Source: an uncultured Candidatus Rokubacteria bacterium
GTDB lineage: Bacteria > Methylomirabilota > Methylomirabilia > Rokubacteriales > DASRDR01
Direction of reading: 5' to 3'
Length of the DNA stretch: 64,000 nucleotides
NCBI GenBank assembly: GCA_963805625.1
Contig: CAWDVE010000019.1
Coordinates: forward strand, 1 to 64,000
Shown one piece after another: positions 1-9,489 of the stretch (position 1 is its first letter; the number at the start of each line of letters is the position of its first letter). The translations under genes and the position numbers were made by a program. A model generated the notes under the pieces. It did no database searches. It saw only the letters and a list, made by a program, of their open reading frames with translations, and was not told the origin of the DNA.

Positions 1-838
1 AAAAGGGTGTAGCGAGATGCCCGAACGATGTCGAGATGCCGATGTCAGAGGCCAACCGAGCTGTCCTGCAGACAGTCGAAAAGGATCTCCTCCGACCGGA
101 GGTGGTTAGTGCGGCGATTGAGGCCGCCATTGCCGAGTTGCGACCCGAGACGGAGCACCTTGACGCACGGCGCGAGGGGTTTGAGGATCGAGTTCGGCGG
201 ATCGACACGGAATGCCGGCGGCTGACTGACGCGATCCGGCTGGGTGGTGATCTTCCCAGGCTCGTGCAAGAGATGAAGAATGCCGAGGCCTGTCGGCTCG
301 ATCTCCACCGACAGTGGGAGGAGCTGGAAGGCTGGGCCAAGGTTGCCCAGTTAGCCCCAATCGGCGATTCCGAGAACGGTCATGGGCATGCAAGGCACTG
401 TCATCATGCTGCCCCCGCGTCGCCCGGTGACTCATCCCAACGCCCTTTACGGGGCGGTTGGACTGGATCACCGACTGCGCTAATCACCGCGACCGGAGCG
501 GGCCTCGGACGACTCCCTGGCCTGTAAGATTCGCCGTTCAAGGTTTAGACGTGCCTCGCCTCCAACGAGACCTGGCGGATTGCCTCACAGATTGGCAGGG
601 TCTTCTAATGGGCCAACCCATACAGGCCCGGCAAATACTCAAGAAGCTGCTGGACGGGAGATTGGTCTTCACTCCTAGCGAGGACGGAACGGTTTACGTG
701 TTCGAGGGGAGGGGGAAGCTGGAACCCGTGCTGGCCGGGGTGGTCGAAGGGGCAAGCTCAGCCAAAGCGAACGGTACCCCTTGGAGCCACGACGCGCCTC
801 GCGCTTGTGCCGATGAATCATGGGTCTTGCGAGCGTGA
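1..838 (+). pseudogene. C-terminal part of a large serine recombinase-like protein, interrupted by a 190-bp insertion
   Basis: Coiled-coil ORF 36-527 and ORF 458-838 (QARQILKKLLDGRLVFTP) join in frame as KVAQLDVPRLQR once 355-548 is removed. The N-terminus presumably lies outside the window. Confidence 0.6.
355..544. mobile_element. Small non-autonomous IS remnant/MITE with TTAG target duplication
   Basis: TTAG at 351-354 and 545-548. Imperfect end repeats share CGGCGA(T/A)TC. Excision restores the host reading frame. Confidence 0.65.
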
Positions 839-947
839 GGCACGAAGCGCATCGGAAAGATGTTACGGCCTTGATGGCCAAGGCGACGCGGCATTCAGAG
901 GCATTTCCGGTGGTCCGCGAGCCCCGAGGCCCCGTCGCAAATGCCCG

Positions 948-970
948 GAATGGCAACCAAGTGGCAACCG
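948..970 (+). repeat. Tandem TGGCAACC pair, copy 1
   Basis: TGGCAACC at 951 and 962; related pairs at 5228/5241 and 53835/53846. Confidence 0.65.
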
Positions 971-1154
971 ACTGAGTGACGGCGTGACCAGGTAGCCTGG
1001 GAGCTCGCGTCAGGCTGCACATCGAGCGGCCGGGAGGGAGCGAGAGAACCAGAGCCGGTGGCGCCCTTCCACGGCCTGGCCTGGTGGCTGGGACGGCATC
1101 GAGGTCCCCGGCTCTCAATTGTGACCCTCACCGCGCTCCGCTTCGGCGGCGTCA

Positions 1155-2360
1155 CTACCCGAGCTCCCTTCCCAGGATCCTCGTGACGAAGCCTCCGGGT
1201 GCCTCGGAGGCGACGAGCCCTTTCACACGCTCGCGGATCTCGGCGACGTTCCCGTTCTTCTCCGCAGCCTTCATCGTGCTCGAGTATGCCGTCCAGACGT
1301 CGGCGCCAGTGATCTCGTAGCCGTAGCCCTGAACGAGCCAGCGGAGGGCGAGCAAGCCGGCGCCGAGGGCAAAGGCCGGCTGCTTGTCGGCGAAATCGCG
1401 CGCGGCGCGAGTGAGCGTCTTGGGATCGCAGGGGGTCTGGCTCGCGAGCGCGAGCGCTTCGTCGTAGAGCCCCGCCTCCTTGGCCGCGGCAAACCACTTG
1501 CCCTCGTCGCCCGGTGTGGTCTTCACCAGATCGGTGAGGATCTGGCCCGCGGACTTGTGTGGGTACTGCTTCGCGACCGCACGGAAAGTCGCGAGGTAGG
1601 TGCCACCGCGGCTCACCCGCACCCCGTAGCGCGCGTACGCTTCTTCGATGAGGCCGGAAGAGAGAAGGATCTCCTCGCAGAGGGCGTCGACATCGCCATC
1701 CGGGGTCCAAGGGCCGCGGCACGACTCTGCATACCGGATCGCCTCGGCCCTCTTGCCAAGGGCGGCGAGCGCCTTCACCGCCCAGCGCTTGTAGGGCCAG
1801 ATGGTGTCGACCTGGAGGATGTCGACAATCTCTGTGTAGCGCTCCGCGCGGTAGAGCGTGCTGAGGCACGCGGCGGTACCGTGGAAGTGACCGCGCAGGG
1901 TCTTGTCCGGGCTCAACGCCATGCCCGTGATGCCGACCAGGCGGTCCGCCCACGCCGAGGCGACGACCTTCGAAGCGCAGAGCTCGCCCCAGTGGTCGGC
2001 GAGCCTTTCGATGTAGGGCATCTCGTCTGCTTCGTGCGCTTCCCACAGGCGCTGGAGCCAGGTCTCGCGCCTCTCGGGATCGGCGGGCGCGCCGCCGATG
2101 ATCGGAACAAGCTCGGCGATCGCTCTGTTGACCGCGGTTCCGATCGCGCCCGAGGAGCTGTCGACGTGCTCGAGCGCCGGCGAGAGGCGCTCGAGCAGGG
2201 TCACCGCGCCGTCGGCGGCAAGCACCGGGTCGCCGCGAGCGACCGTCTTGATCTCGCTCACGGCCTGCTTCACGCGCTGGATCGCGGGCTGCGACCTCCA
2301 ACCGAAGGCGTGGCGCCGGAACCGCGCCGTGAACGCCCACTTGTGGCCGCCGGCCTTCAT
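1155..2360 (-). CDS. Hypothetical alpha-helical protein
   Basis: 401-aa ORF with GC3-biased codons, starting MKAGGHKWAFTARFRRHAFGWRS. Confidence 0.75.
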   Translation of the reverse strand: MKAGGHKWAFTARFRRHAFGWRSQPAIQRVKQAVSEIKTVARGDPVLAADGAVTLLERLSPALEHVDSSSGAIGTAVNRAIAELVPIIGGAPADPERRETWLQRLWEAHEADEMPYIERLADHWGELCASKVVASAWADRLVGITGMALSPDKTLRGHFHGTAACLSTLYRAERYTEIVDILQVDTIWPYKRWAVKALAALGKRAEAIRYAESCRGPWTPDGDVDALCEEILLSSGLIEEAYARYGVRVSRGGTYLATFRAVAKQYPHKSAGQILTDLVKTTPGDEGKWFAAAKEAGLYDEALALASQTPCDPKTLTRAARDFADKQPAFALGAGLLALRWLVQGYGYEITGADVWTAYSSTMKAAEKNGNVAEIRERVKGLVASEAPGGFVTRILGRELG

Positions 2361-2402
2361 CGTCCTGGGCACTCTCTCGACAGAGCGCAATCGCGGCTCG
2401 CC

Positions 2403-2618
2403 TCAGATCCGATCGACCAATCGCGCCTGGTGGGAGTAACCCTGTTCGGTCAGGAAGAGCTTGCGGTGATGGGCAAACTCCCCCTCGCAGGTGTCGCGAG
2501 AGACCGGGGTGAAGACATGAGCCACGCGCCCATCCCACTGTGGCCGGAGGATCCGCCCAAGCCGCTGCGCCTCCTTCTGGCGAGAGCCGAACGCTCCCGA
2601 GACTTGGATCAGGCCCAC
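2403..2618 (-). pseudogene. XPB/Rad25 helicase C-terminal remnant
   Basis: IQVSGAFGSRQKEAQRLGRILRP (motif VI) and HRKLFLTEQGY; the rest of the gene is missing. Confidence 0.75.
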
Positions 2619-2720
2619 CTAGCGCACCGTCTGGACCTCAGCGTGCGACAGGCGATGGCGCTGTCGCGCGTCGACCACGCGTGCATGGTCCGGTTCGGCC
2701 CCCCCTTTCTTCATGGCCAT

Positions 2721-3560
2721 TCACCCTGATCTCGAGCGCGAGTCGTCGTCATCGTCGAGTTCGTCGTGATCGCCCGATTGGCTCTCCGCCATGGCCATGG
2801 CCTCGCGGACCGCGTCGGCGATGTCGTCGTCATCGGAGTCCGCGAGATCATCGAGGAGCTCGAGCGCTTCGTGCGGCCGGATGCCGGCGGCCGCCTCGAT
2901 CGCCGCCAGGAGCAGAGGTTTCGGGGTCTTCCGCGAGGTGACGAGGGCGGCGATGGGCGGCCAGGCGGCGTCCACTCCCCAATTGCCGGCCGCAATGACG
3001 GCCTCGTAATGGATATCGGGGTTCGGGCTGGCGAGTGCCTCGAGAGTCTCCTCGTCGAATCCGCGGACGAAGCGCATGCAGAAGACCGCGGTGAGCCTCC
3101 AGGCCTCGTCGCGCCTCCCATAGGCGGCGCGGATCGCATCCCGGTGCCAGTCCTGGGGGGCGCGGACCGAGGCCTCCAGGATCCTTCGCCGAACGTCTTG
3201 GGGAACGTTGGCGTCCAGGTAGAGCTCGTGCAGGGACTCCTGGATCTGGCGGAAGGAACGCTCCGGAATCGGGAGGTCGTCGGCATCGTCGAAACTGCCG
3301 GTATCTACGTGCTCGAGTACGGGTCCCAGGGAGATCGCCGCTTGGCCCCGTACCGCCTCGGGCGTGTCGCCGCGGTGCAGGAGGGAGAGCAGCACGTCGA
3401 CCAGCTCGGTGTTGACGACCGCGACGTCGCCGGCAAGCTCAGCGGCCAGACGGAGATCGGACGTCGAGGCTCGGTCATCCCGTAGGATGCCGAGCAGCAT
3501 CGCCGCGGTCCCCTCGGGCCACTCCCACGGTGGCGTGTCCTTTAAGGTCGTCAGGTTCAT
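2721..3560 (-). CDS. HEAT-repeat protein
   Basis: 279 aa with repeated helical units (VRGQAAISLG, IHYEAVIAAG) and an acidic tail. Confidence 0.75.
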   Translation of the reverse strand: MNLTTLKDTPPWEWPEGTAAMLLGILRDDRASTSDLRLAAELAGDVAVVNTELVDVLLSLLHRGDTPEAVRGQAAISLGPVLEHVDTGSFDDADDLPIPERSFRQIQESLHELYLDANVPQDVRRRILEASVRAPQDWHRDAIRAAYGRRDEAWRLTAVFCMRFVRGFDEETLEALASPNPDIHYEAVIAAGNWGVDAAWPPIAALVTSRKTPKPLLLAAIEAAAGIRPHEALELLDDLADSDDDDIADAVREAMAMAESQSGDHDELDDDDDSRSRSG

Positions 3561-3681
3561 CGTGATCCCTCGTCGTCTCGACAGCGGATCTCGGTCCTCT
3601 TCTCCGGCCTCCAGCCGCTCGGGACACGAAGCGTCCCGGCGCAAGTGCCTCCGTCTGCCTCTTCCTGGCACGGCGTCTCCT

Positions 3682-4104
3682 TCATCGGAGGTGCTGTTTG
3701 CGCTTCAGGCTCGATCTAGCGGTGGGCCGCGCGTCGTCCTCGAAGGGCATGGCCGTGAAGCCCGAATCGTCGCCCCGGTGGAAGTAGATGTGACCGGTCA
3801 GGGAGCCGTCCTGCCGGAGAAGCACCCAGCCTCGACCACTGGCGGGATCACCCTCGTCATTGCCGTCCCAAGTGACGTCGACGGACGGTTGGCCGTTCCG
3901 CCGTCCGTGTCGGCAGTCCATCCACCCGTCGACCGCGATGAATCGGAACTGGCCTCCGTTCCCTCTGAACTCGATGAAGGCCGGCCCAAGGAGGTCGATC
4001 GCTTCTCGGTCCCAAAGGGACATGTCCGTGATGCGCCACTTGCCGGAGAGGGTGATCTGTGTGGCGGAAGCGGCCTTGGCTCGAGTCGGTCGACGCGTCC
4101 TCAT
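3682..4104 (-). CDS. Small beta-rich hypothetical protein
   Basis: GKWRITDMSLWD...WDGNDEGDPASGRGW...GHIYFHRGDDSGF. Confidence 0.7.
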   Translation of the reverse strand: MRTRRPTRAKAASATQITLSGKWRITDMSLWDREAIDLLGPAFIEFRGNGGQFRFIAVDGWMDCRHGRRNGQPSVDVTWDGNDEGDPASGRGWVLLRQDGSLTGHIYFHRGDDSGFTAMPFEDDARPTARSSLKRKQHLR

Positions 4105-4399
4105 GAGACCTCTGATCGCCCGCCGTCGCAGTTCGTTCTCCCGTGGCGGCTGCACCACGCCGGTCGCGCGTGCTGGCCGGCTGTTGGGGGACCGCCGGGG
4201 CGCTCCTGCCGATCGCCCATCCCGGGTCGGAGTATATCTCTTTGGTCGCCTCGCGCAGATCGCGGCCAACGAGCGAACGACCACTCCTCTTTTCGCGGAG
4301 CGTCAGCCAGAGCAGCTCGTGCCCGAACGGAGGAGAATTGGGGTCGCCAATGCTCGGATCCTCTTGACCGCACAGTGAGGGCGTGCATACCATTGTGGT

Positions 4400-5005
4400 A
4401 TGCGAGGTGCTAGCACGCACTGGACGCTGGTCTTCACGGTGGCCAGTCTGGAGCACCTGGCAGAACGCAATGTCGAGGCAACGGATGTTACAAGCGCGGT
4501 GTACGGCTGGAACGGCCCTGCACGGATACGCCGCGGAGGTCGCGGGGCCCAGGAGCGCTGGTTCGTGGTCGCGCCGCTGGAGAGCGGCGAGCTCCTGACG
4601 TGCGTGTTTCGGGCAGCGCGGCCGCGGGATCTGGACTCGGAGGGGGCATTCGTCGTCTCAAAGACAGGACGCCAACAACCTCCAGGCCAGTTCGATTCAT
4701 CGATGCGCCTCTGCGTCAGCGCTCGGATGTCCGACGAGGACGAGGCAAGGAGCTATCGCCGGTGGCGAAGAGGCAAGGGAGGGAGCTGGTGGGGACGGTT
4801 GCGGCAAACAAGGGTAGGATTCCAGCTTTCCGAAGCGACCAAGAAGAGCGTGCCTTCTGGGCGCGTCACAGCCTGGAGGAGTTCGCAAAGGACTTGGTGG
4901 ATCTCGACGTCGAGATCCGTCCTCCGCGCACGGAACAGATCGCGCTACGCCTATATAAAGAGGACCTCCAAGCCCTCCGCTCTCTTGCGGCGAAGCGCGG
5001 CGTAG
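4400..5005 (+). CDS. BrnT-like toxin; the native stop near 4787-4789 appears lost
   Basis: EHLAERNV...RWFVVAP...LLTCVF...VSARMSDEDEARSY pattern, directly upstream of an antitoxin-like ORF. Confidence 0.55.
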   Translation: MRGASTHWTLVFTVASLEHLAERNVEATDVTSAVYGWNGPARIRRGGRGAQERWFVVAPLESGELLTCVFRAARPRDLDSEGAFVVSKTGRQQPPGQFDSSMRLCVSARMSDEDEARSYRRWRRGKGGSWWGRLRQTRVGFQLSEATKKSVPSGRVTAWRSSQRTWWISTSRSVLRARNRSRYAYIKRTSKPSALLRRSAA

Positions 5006-5106
5006 GACATACAACGTTGGCGAGAACGGTCCTCGAGGGATGGCTTGCGCGTTCGCGGGGCAAGACCGAACGATCTGGTCGCACGAAGGCTCGCCGACCA
5101 GCCTGA
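4789..5106 (+). CDS. CopG/BrnA-like antitoxin
   Basis: IPAFRSDQEERAFWARHS followed by RHH-like IALRLYKEDLQALRSLAAKRGVGHTTLAR; GGAGGGAG RBS upstream. Confidence 0.75.
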   Translation: MGTVAANKGRIPAFRSDQEERAFWARHSLEEFAKDLVDLDVEIRPPRTEQIALRLYKEDLQALRSLAAKRGVGHTTLARTVLEGWLARSRGKTERSGRTKARRPA

Positions 5107-5227
5107 CCTCTGTTCAGTGTGGCCGCACCGACTCTCATGGCCGTCGGCGGCTGGATGAGCAAGAGGGATGATGCGTCGCCACGAGGCGGTTTGCCGTGGC
5201 TCGAGCCGTGCCCAGTTCGAGAGACCG

Positions 5228-5248
5228 TGGCAACCGCCGGTGGCAACC
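5228..5248 (+). repeat. Tandem TGGCAACC pair, copy 2
   Basis: TGGCAACC at 5228 and 5241, about 40 bp before a tRNA half. Confidence 0.65.
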
Positions 5249-5287
5249 GCGCGGTAAGTCTGCGTCACTGCAGGCCATGTCACAACC

Positions 5288-5325
5288 CTCTCAAGGCCAA
5301 AGCGCGGGTTCGAATCCCGTTGGCT
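5288..5325 (+). other. 3' half of tRNA-Glu(CTC), att-like remnant
   Basis: CT-CTC-AA anticodon loop, GGCCA, then T-arm GCGGG-TTCGAAT-CCCGT. No D-arm, 5' half or CCA. Confidence 0.65.
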
Positions 5326-5342
5326 CGTGTGGGGAATACAAG

Positions 5343-5579
5343 ATGCCCTCGATCCTCGTGCGGGGTCTCGACCCGAAGACCATCCGGCGTCTGAAGGAGC
5401 GGGCCCGTCTCAATGGGCGCTCACTCCAGCAGGAGATCAAGGAGATCCTTGAGCGCGCGACGGGCATGCTCACCATGAACGAGGCGCGACGGTTGTCAGA
5501 GAGGTGGAGGCACCGATTCGGCGGTCGATCGTTCTCCGACAGCGTGCGATTGATCCGCGAGGATCGCGATTCACGATGA
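5343..5579 (+). CDS. FitA-like ribbon-helix-helix antitoxin (orphan)
   Basis: MPSILVRGLDPKTIRRLKERARLNGRSLQQEIKEIL...DSVRLIREDRDSR; no PIN toxin follows. Confidence 0.8.
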   Translation: MPSILVRGLDPKTIRRLKERARLNGRSLQQEIKEILERATGMLTMNEARRLSERWRHRFGGRSFSDSVRLIREDRDSR

Positions 5580-5643
5580 CTTCAGCTCGGTAGGCGCCGG
5601 CGGTGACGCATCCTGAGGCGGGTGGTCAAGGATCTCCCCGAGT

Positions 5644-6789
5644 TCACCCGACGATACACCGGACGGCGACCGCATCGACGCGGCGCCGGAATCTGACGAT
5701 GAGCGCACCGGTCGGGAGGCTCCCCTCGTCACAGGCGCGAGCCTCGTCGATGCAGAGGATGAGGTTGGGGACCCGCGCCTCACGGTAGAGGGCGAGCTTG
5801 CGCCGGACGTAGTCCGGCGTCCAGTACCCGACGATTTCCAGCAGCCAGCGGCGCGCTGCATCGTGGCGGTGCTGCAGCGCAAAGTCCGGGAAGACCAGAC
5901 GGTTTCCGGAGACCACTGGCTCGGGTTCCCGGAGGACATCCCAGTCGGGCGCGAGCTTCCGGAAGTCGCGAGCGAACCGTTCTTCGATCTGGCTGTCATA
6001 CTGCCGGGGAGGGTCGGCCGGGAGGATGGGGTCACCCGTCCCGAGGTGGAGATCCACGAGTCTCTCCTCGAGGAGGCAGGCCGCCCGTAGTCGGAATCGT
6101 GGGCACCAGGCGAGATGTGGCACCAGTGCGCCCAGCGCGCGTCCGTACAGGATCGTCCGCCGGAAGAGCGCGAGGGGACCAGACACCTCGAGCACGGTGT
6201 CCCCGCACGACGTTCCGGAGACGGTGCAGATGAGCCCACGCAGCTTGGCGGTCCGAACGAGGGCCCTGGCATTGCCCTCGACTTCGAGGGTCACGCCGGT
6301 GGCGCGGAACAGGAGGGCTTGCGTCAGGGCGAGGTTGGCCCGGAGCGCGAGTTCGGTCGGTGACAGCGAAGCCCCAAGACCGGTCACGACATGCTCGCCG
6401 GGCAGATCGGCGAAGAGAGCCGCCTCGAGTTCCTCGGCGGTGACAGCCAGCGAACTCGCCACGCGCGCAAGTGCCCCGTCTCGCGCGCCAGCGGCGCGCG
6501 CGGCTTCAAGGAACACGAGTCGGCGGGCCTGGCGAGGTGGCACCGCGGCGTCCCGCGCCGTGCGCCCAAGCTGTGCGAGAACCCGAACCGCGAGTTGCTT
6601 CTTCCCGGCCGGCCCTTCGGGCGTGAGGGGCTCCTGCAGGCGGGCGTCGAGCTCTCGCTGTGGTCGTCCGACGAAGCGTTCACGCTCGTCGAGGAGAGTC
6701 CGCAGCCACGGATGATCCGCCTCGCTGAGGAAGCGGGGTACCACCGTGTTCCCGACGAACCTATAGCTGAATGGAGCGTCGAGCGACAA
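5644..6789 (-). CDS. DUF790 (Bax1-like) endonuclease
   Basis: LFADL, GPLALFRRTILYGRAL, YDSQIEERFARDF, REPEP...FPDF...LLEIVGYWTPDY; overlaps the helicase stop. The TTG start is inferred. Confidence 0.85.
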   Translation of the reverse strand: MSLDAPFSYRFVGNTVVPRFLSEADHPWLRTLLDERERFVGRPQRELDARLQEPLTPEGPAGKKQLAVRVLAQLGRTARDAAVPPRQARRLVFLEAARAAGARDGALARVASSLAVTAEELEAALFADLPGEHVVTGLGASLSPTELALRANLALTQALLFRATGVTLEVEGNARALVRTAKLRGLICTVSGTSCGDTVLEVSGPLALFRRTILYGRALGALVPHLAWCPRFRLRAACLLEERLVDLHLGTGDPILPADPPRQYDSQIEERFARDFRKLAPDWDVLREPEPVVSGNRLVFPDFALQHRHDAARRWLLEIVGYWTPDYVRRKLALYREARVPNLILCIDEARACDEGSLPTGALIVRFRRRVDAVAVRCIVG

Positions 6790-8134
6790 GTCCTTGGCGC
6801 CTTCGCCAGGCCTGGCTGACCTCAAGGGTCTGTCGCGTGACGAGCTCGTACACGAGGGCCCGCTTCCCGGGCCCGGGCCGAAGGAGCCGGCCAATCCGTT
6901 GCACGTGCTCGCGCTCGCCCAAAGCGCCCCCGACGATCACGGCGACATCCGCATCCGGCACGTCCAGACCCTCGTTGAGCACCCGTGACGAGACGAGTGC
7001 CCGGAGCTGCCCCTGACGGAAAGCGTTGAGAGCTTGGTCGCGCTCCTGGCGGCCGATGTCACAGGTCAGGGGCATGATGAGGTGCTCGCGCGCGATCGCG
7101 TACGCGCTGGCATTGTCCGCAGTGAAGATGAGCGTCCGTGTATTCCCATGACGATCGAGCAGCGCGCGTAGCGTGTCGCACTTCGCCCTGGTCAGGGCGA
7201 GGAGCCGTCGCGCCTCGCGCCAGGCGGCCAACGCATGCCGGCCCTCCGCCGACCGGCCGGCGGCGCGAACGAAGTCTGTCCAGGTCGCCTGCGGGAGCGT
7301 GTGGCGAAATGCCGCGTAGGCGGTCGTGAACCGCCGATGGAGCCTCGCGTAGTGGACTCGCTCCTCGGCGGTCAGGTCCACGTGGAGGGTGACCACATCG
7401 AAGCTCGCCAGGAACCGACCGGTGAGATCGCCGATCGCGAGCTCGTAGACGGTCGGCCCGACGACGTCCACCAGACGAGCCGCGTGGGCCGGGTTCCTGG
7501 GAGGGGTCGCGGTCAGCCCGAGTCGCGCGCCCGCGAGCGCCATCTCCAGCGCCTCATCGCGAAAGCCGCATCCGAAGTGATGGACTTCGTCGACGATCAG
7601 GAGGCCGAAGCGGGACCCGATGCGGTCCATGTGTCGATAGGCACTCTCGTACGTGGCCACCGTGACGGGCGTCACTTCGCGCCGGCCTTCCCCGTAGCAG
7701 CCGACCTCGTGCGGATAGACCGTGGCGATCTCTTGACGCCACTGCTCGAGGAGCACGCGCGTGGGGACTAGGCAGAGCGCGGGCAGGCGCGTCGCCGCCA
7801 GGGCCGCGAGGGCAATGCGGGTCTTGCCGCTCCCGGTCGGAAGCACGATGAGGCCCCGTCGCCCGGCGAGCTCCCACGCGGAGAGCGCCGCGGCCTGATA
7901 GTCACGCAGACCGGGATCGACCCATCCCTGCGTCTGTTCGTGGCTGCCCAGACTACCGGCGTCGAACGTGACGCCTTGGTCGAGTAGCCATCGGATGAGC
8001 GTGGAGTACTTGAAGGCCGGAGCCCGGTGCGCCCGGACCCTGGCATCCCACAGGAGCCCGGGGGCATCGGTGAGATCGAGCGTCGAAGGCACGTCGCTGA
8101 CGAGGATCGTGCCCCGGTCGAACTGGAGACGCAT
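6761..8134 (-). CDS. XPB/Rad25-like SF2 helicase
   Basis: LRDYQ, PTGSGKT, DEVH, LTAT, EGLDVPD, QRIGRLLRP. Confidence 0.92.
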   Translation of the reverse strand: MRLQFDRGTILVSDVPSTLDLTDAPGLLWDARVRAHRAPAFKYSTLIRWLLDQGVTFDAGSLGSHEQTQGWVDPGLRDYQAAALSAWELAGRRGLIVLPTGSGKTRIALAALAATRLPALCLVPTRVLLEQWRQEIATVYPHEVGCYGEGRREVTPVTVATYESAYRHMDRIGSRFGLLIVDEVHHFGCGFRDEALEMALAGARLGLTATPPRNPAHAARLVDVVGPTVYELAIGDLTGRFLASFDVVTLHVDLTAEERVHYARLHRRFTTAYAAFRHTLPQATWTDFVRAAGRSAEGRHALAAWREARRLLALTRAKCDTLRALLDRHGNTRTLIFTADNASAYAIAREHLIMPLTCDIGRQERDQALNAFRQGQLRALVSSRVLNEGLDVPDADVAVIVGGALGEREHVQRIGRLLRPGPGKRALVYELVTRQTLEVSQAWRRRQGLVARRSIQL

Positions 8135-8494
8135 GGCCGGAGCGACAGCAACGTTCGTGCCCAGTGAGAGTCGCGGGGTTCCCCTGTGTGACCTTGGACC
8201 GAGGTGAATCGAGTCGTGCACAAGCGTGTATCGATCTGCTCACTGCTCTGATGGCAGTGACGGGCATCATGACGACCGATCGCGCAGTGAACGAACTCGC
8301 GCGACTTCGTGAGACCTCGTCGTTCCTGCCCGCCACCGGCCCTGAAGGCACTCTTGCGCGCCTGGGGCGGATGCCGTAAGAAGGGGCAGCCGACTGAGCG
8401 GACTCGTGCGGAGGGCGCGGGCGGGGGATGCGGGGCTTCGTCGCCAACACGGTCACCCTCGGACGACGCGTCGGACCGCGCCCGGGGGCCCGTC

Positions 8495-9444
8495 TCGGCT
8501 CATAAGTGACTGTTACCCTCCGTGAGTCGGTAGCTCAAAAGTGACGGTTACCATCGGGACGGGGCGGAAGGGGTCGACGGGGAGCTGCGAGGGGGGTATC
8601 CCGCTATGGGCTCGCCCGAGATCGGGGCGCCTGAGGCCTCGTTGATGAACTCGGAGCCCGAGTCGCTGTCCCAGCCGAGCAGGGGCATGGGCAGGCGCTG
8701 CCGGACATGCTGGATGGCCCCGCCGACCCGCTCCTGATGCTTGCCCCAGACGGCGTGGAGCTCCGTCCAGGCCGTCACGATGTCGACCGCGCAGAGGGTG
8801 TGGAGATAGAAGCCCGCGGTGGTCGGGCCGCAGTGGGCGACGAGGTCGCCCTCGAGGAACCCGGGGCGGGCGTCATCCCACTCGGCGAAGGTGCGGATGG
8901 GGATCTGATGCTTGAGCCACGTGCCGGTGCGGGTCGTCCCCCGCCCGCGGGGCGGCCGGGTCGCGCGAATCGGGGCGAGCAGGCGTTTGAGCGTGGCGGC
9001 GCTCACCCGGCGGAGTGCCGCGGCGGTGTCGGGTGTCAAGGCCAGTGCCCCACAGGCGAGCAGGCGGTCCAGGAGCTCGGGGACGAAGGGCTGCAACCGG
9101 ACGGCGCCGATCTCGCCACTGGCCTCCCAGAGTACTTGGGCGGCGATGACGACGTCGGCCCCGTACACCCGGGGCCGGCCGGTCCGGACCTCGCGGGGGG
9201 TCGTGCGTGGGGGTCGACGCAGGCGGCGGAGGGCGGCTTTACGGTGATACTGAGTGACGGCCACGACCTCATCGAGGATGCGGCGCTTCTCCCGGCGCGA
9301 GGCCGCCAGGTACCGCGGCCGCTGGGCGGCCACGTACTCGTGCATGCTCGTCCGCGTCACGGTCACCTCCCCACTTGGATTGGGTCTGGTAACCGTTACT
9401 TTTGAGCTGCGGCCCCTGCTCTGGTATCAGAAGTTTTGACCCGA
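8495..9444 (-). mobile_element. Internally deleted IS (integrase-core transposase) with doubled terminal inverted repeats
   Basis: 8532-8552 and 9388-9408 form a 20/21 inverted match; weaker outer copies at 8495-8517 and 9423-9444. Confidence 0.8.
8548..9366 (-). pseudogene. Truncated DDE/rve-type transposase
   Basis: RYLAASRREKRRILDE, YHRKAALR, PGFLEGDLVAHCG, DSDSGSEFIN, after which similarity ends. Confidence 0.8.
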
Positions 9445-9489
9445 TGCGGGGCCGAGACGCGCACGCGGGCGATCGTGTACGATGCGGGC

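Noticed and set aside
5288-5325. Functional tRNA gene
   Set aside because: No 5' acceptor strand, D-arm or CCA end.
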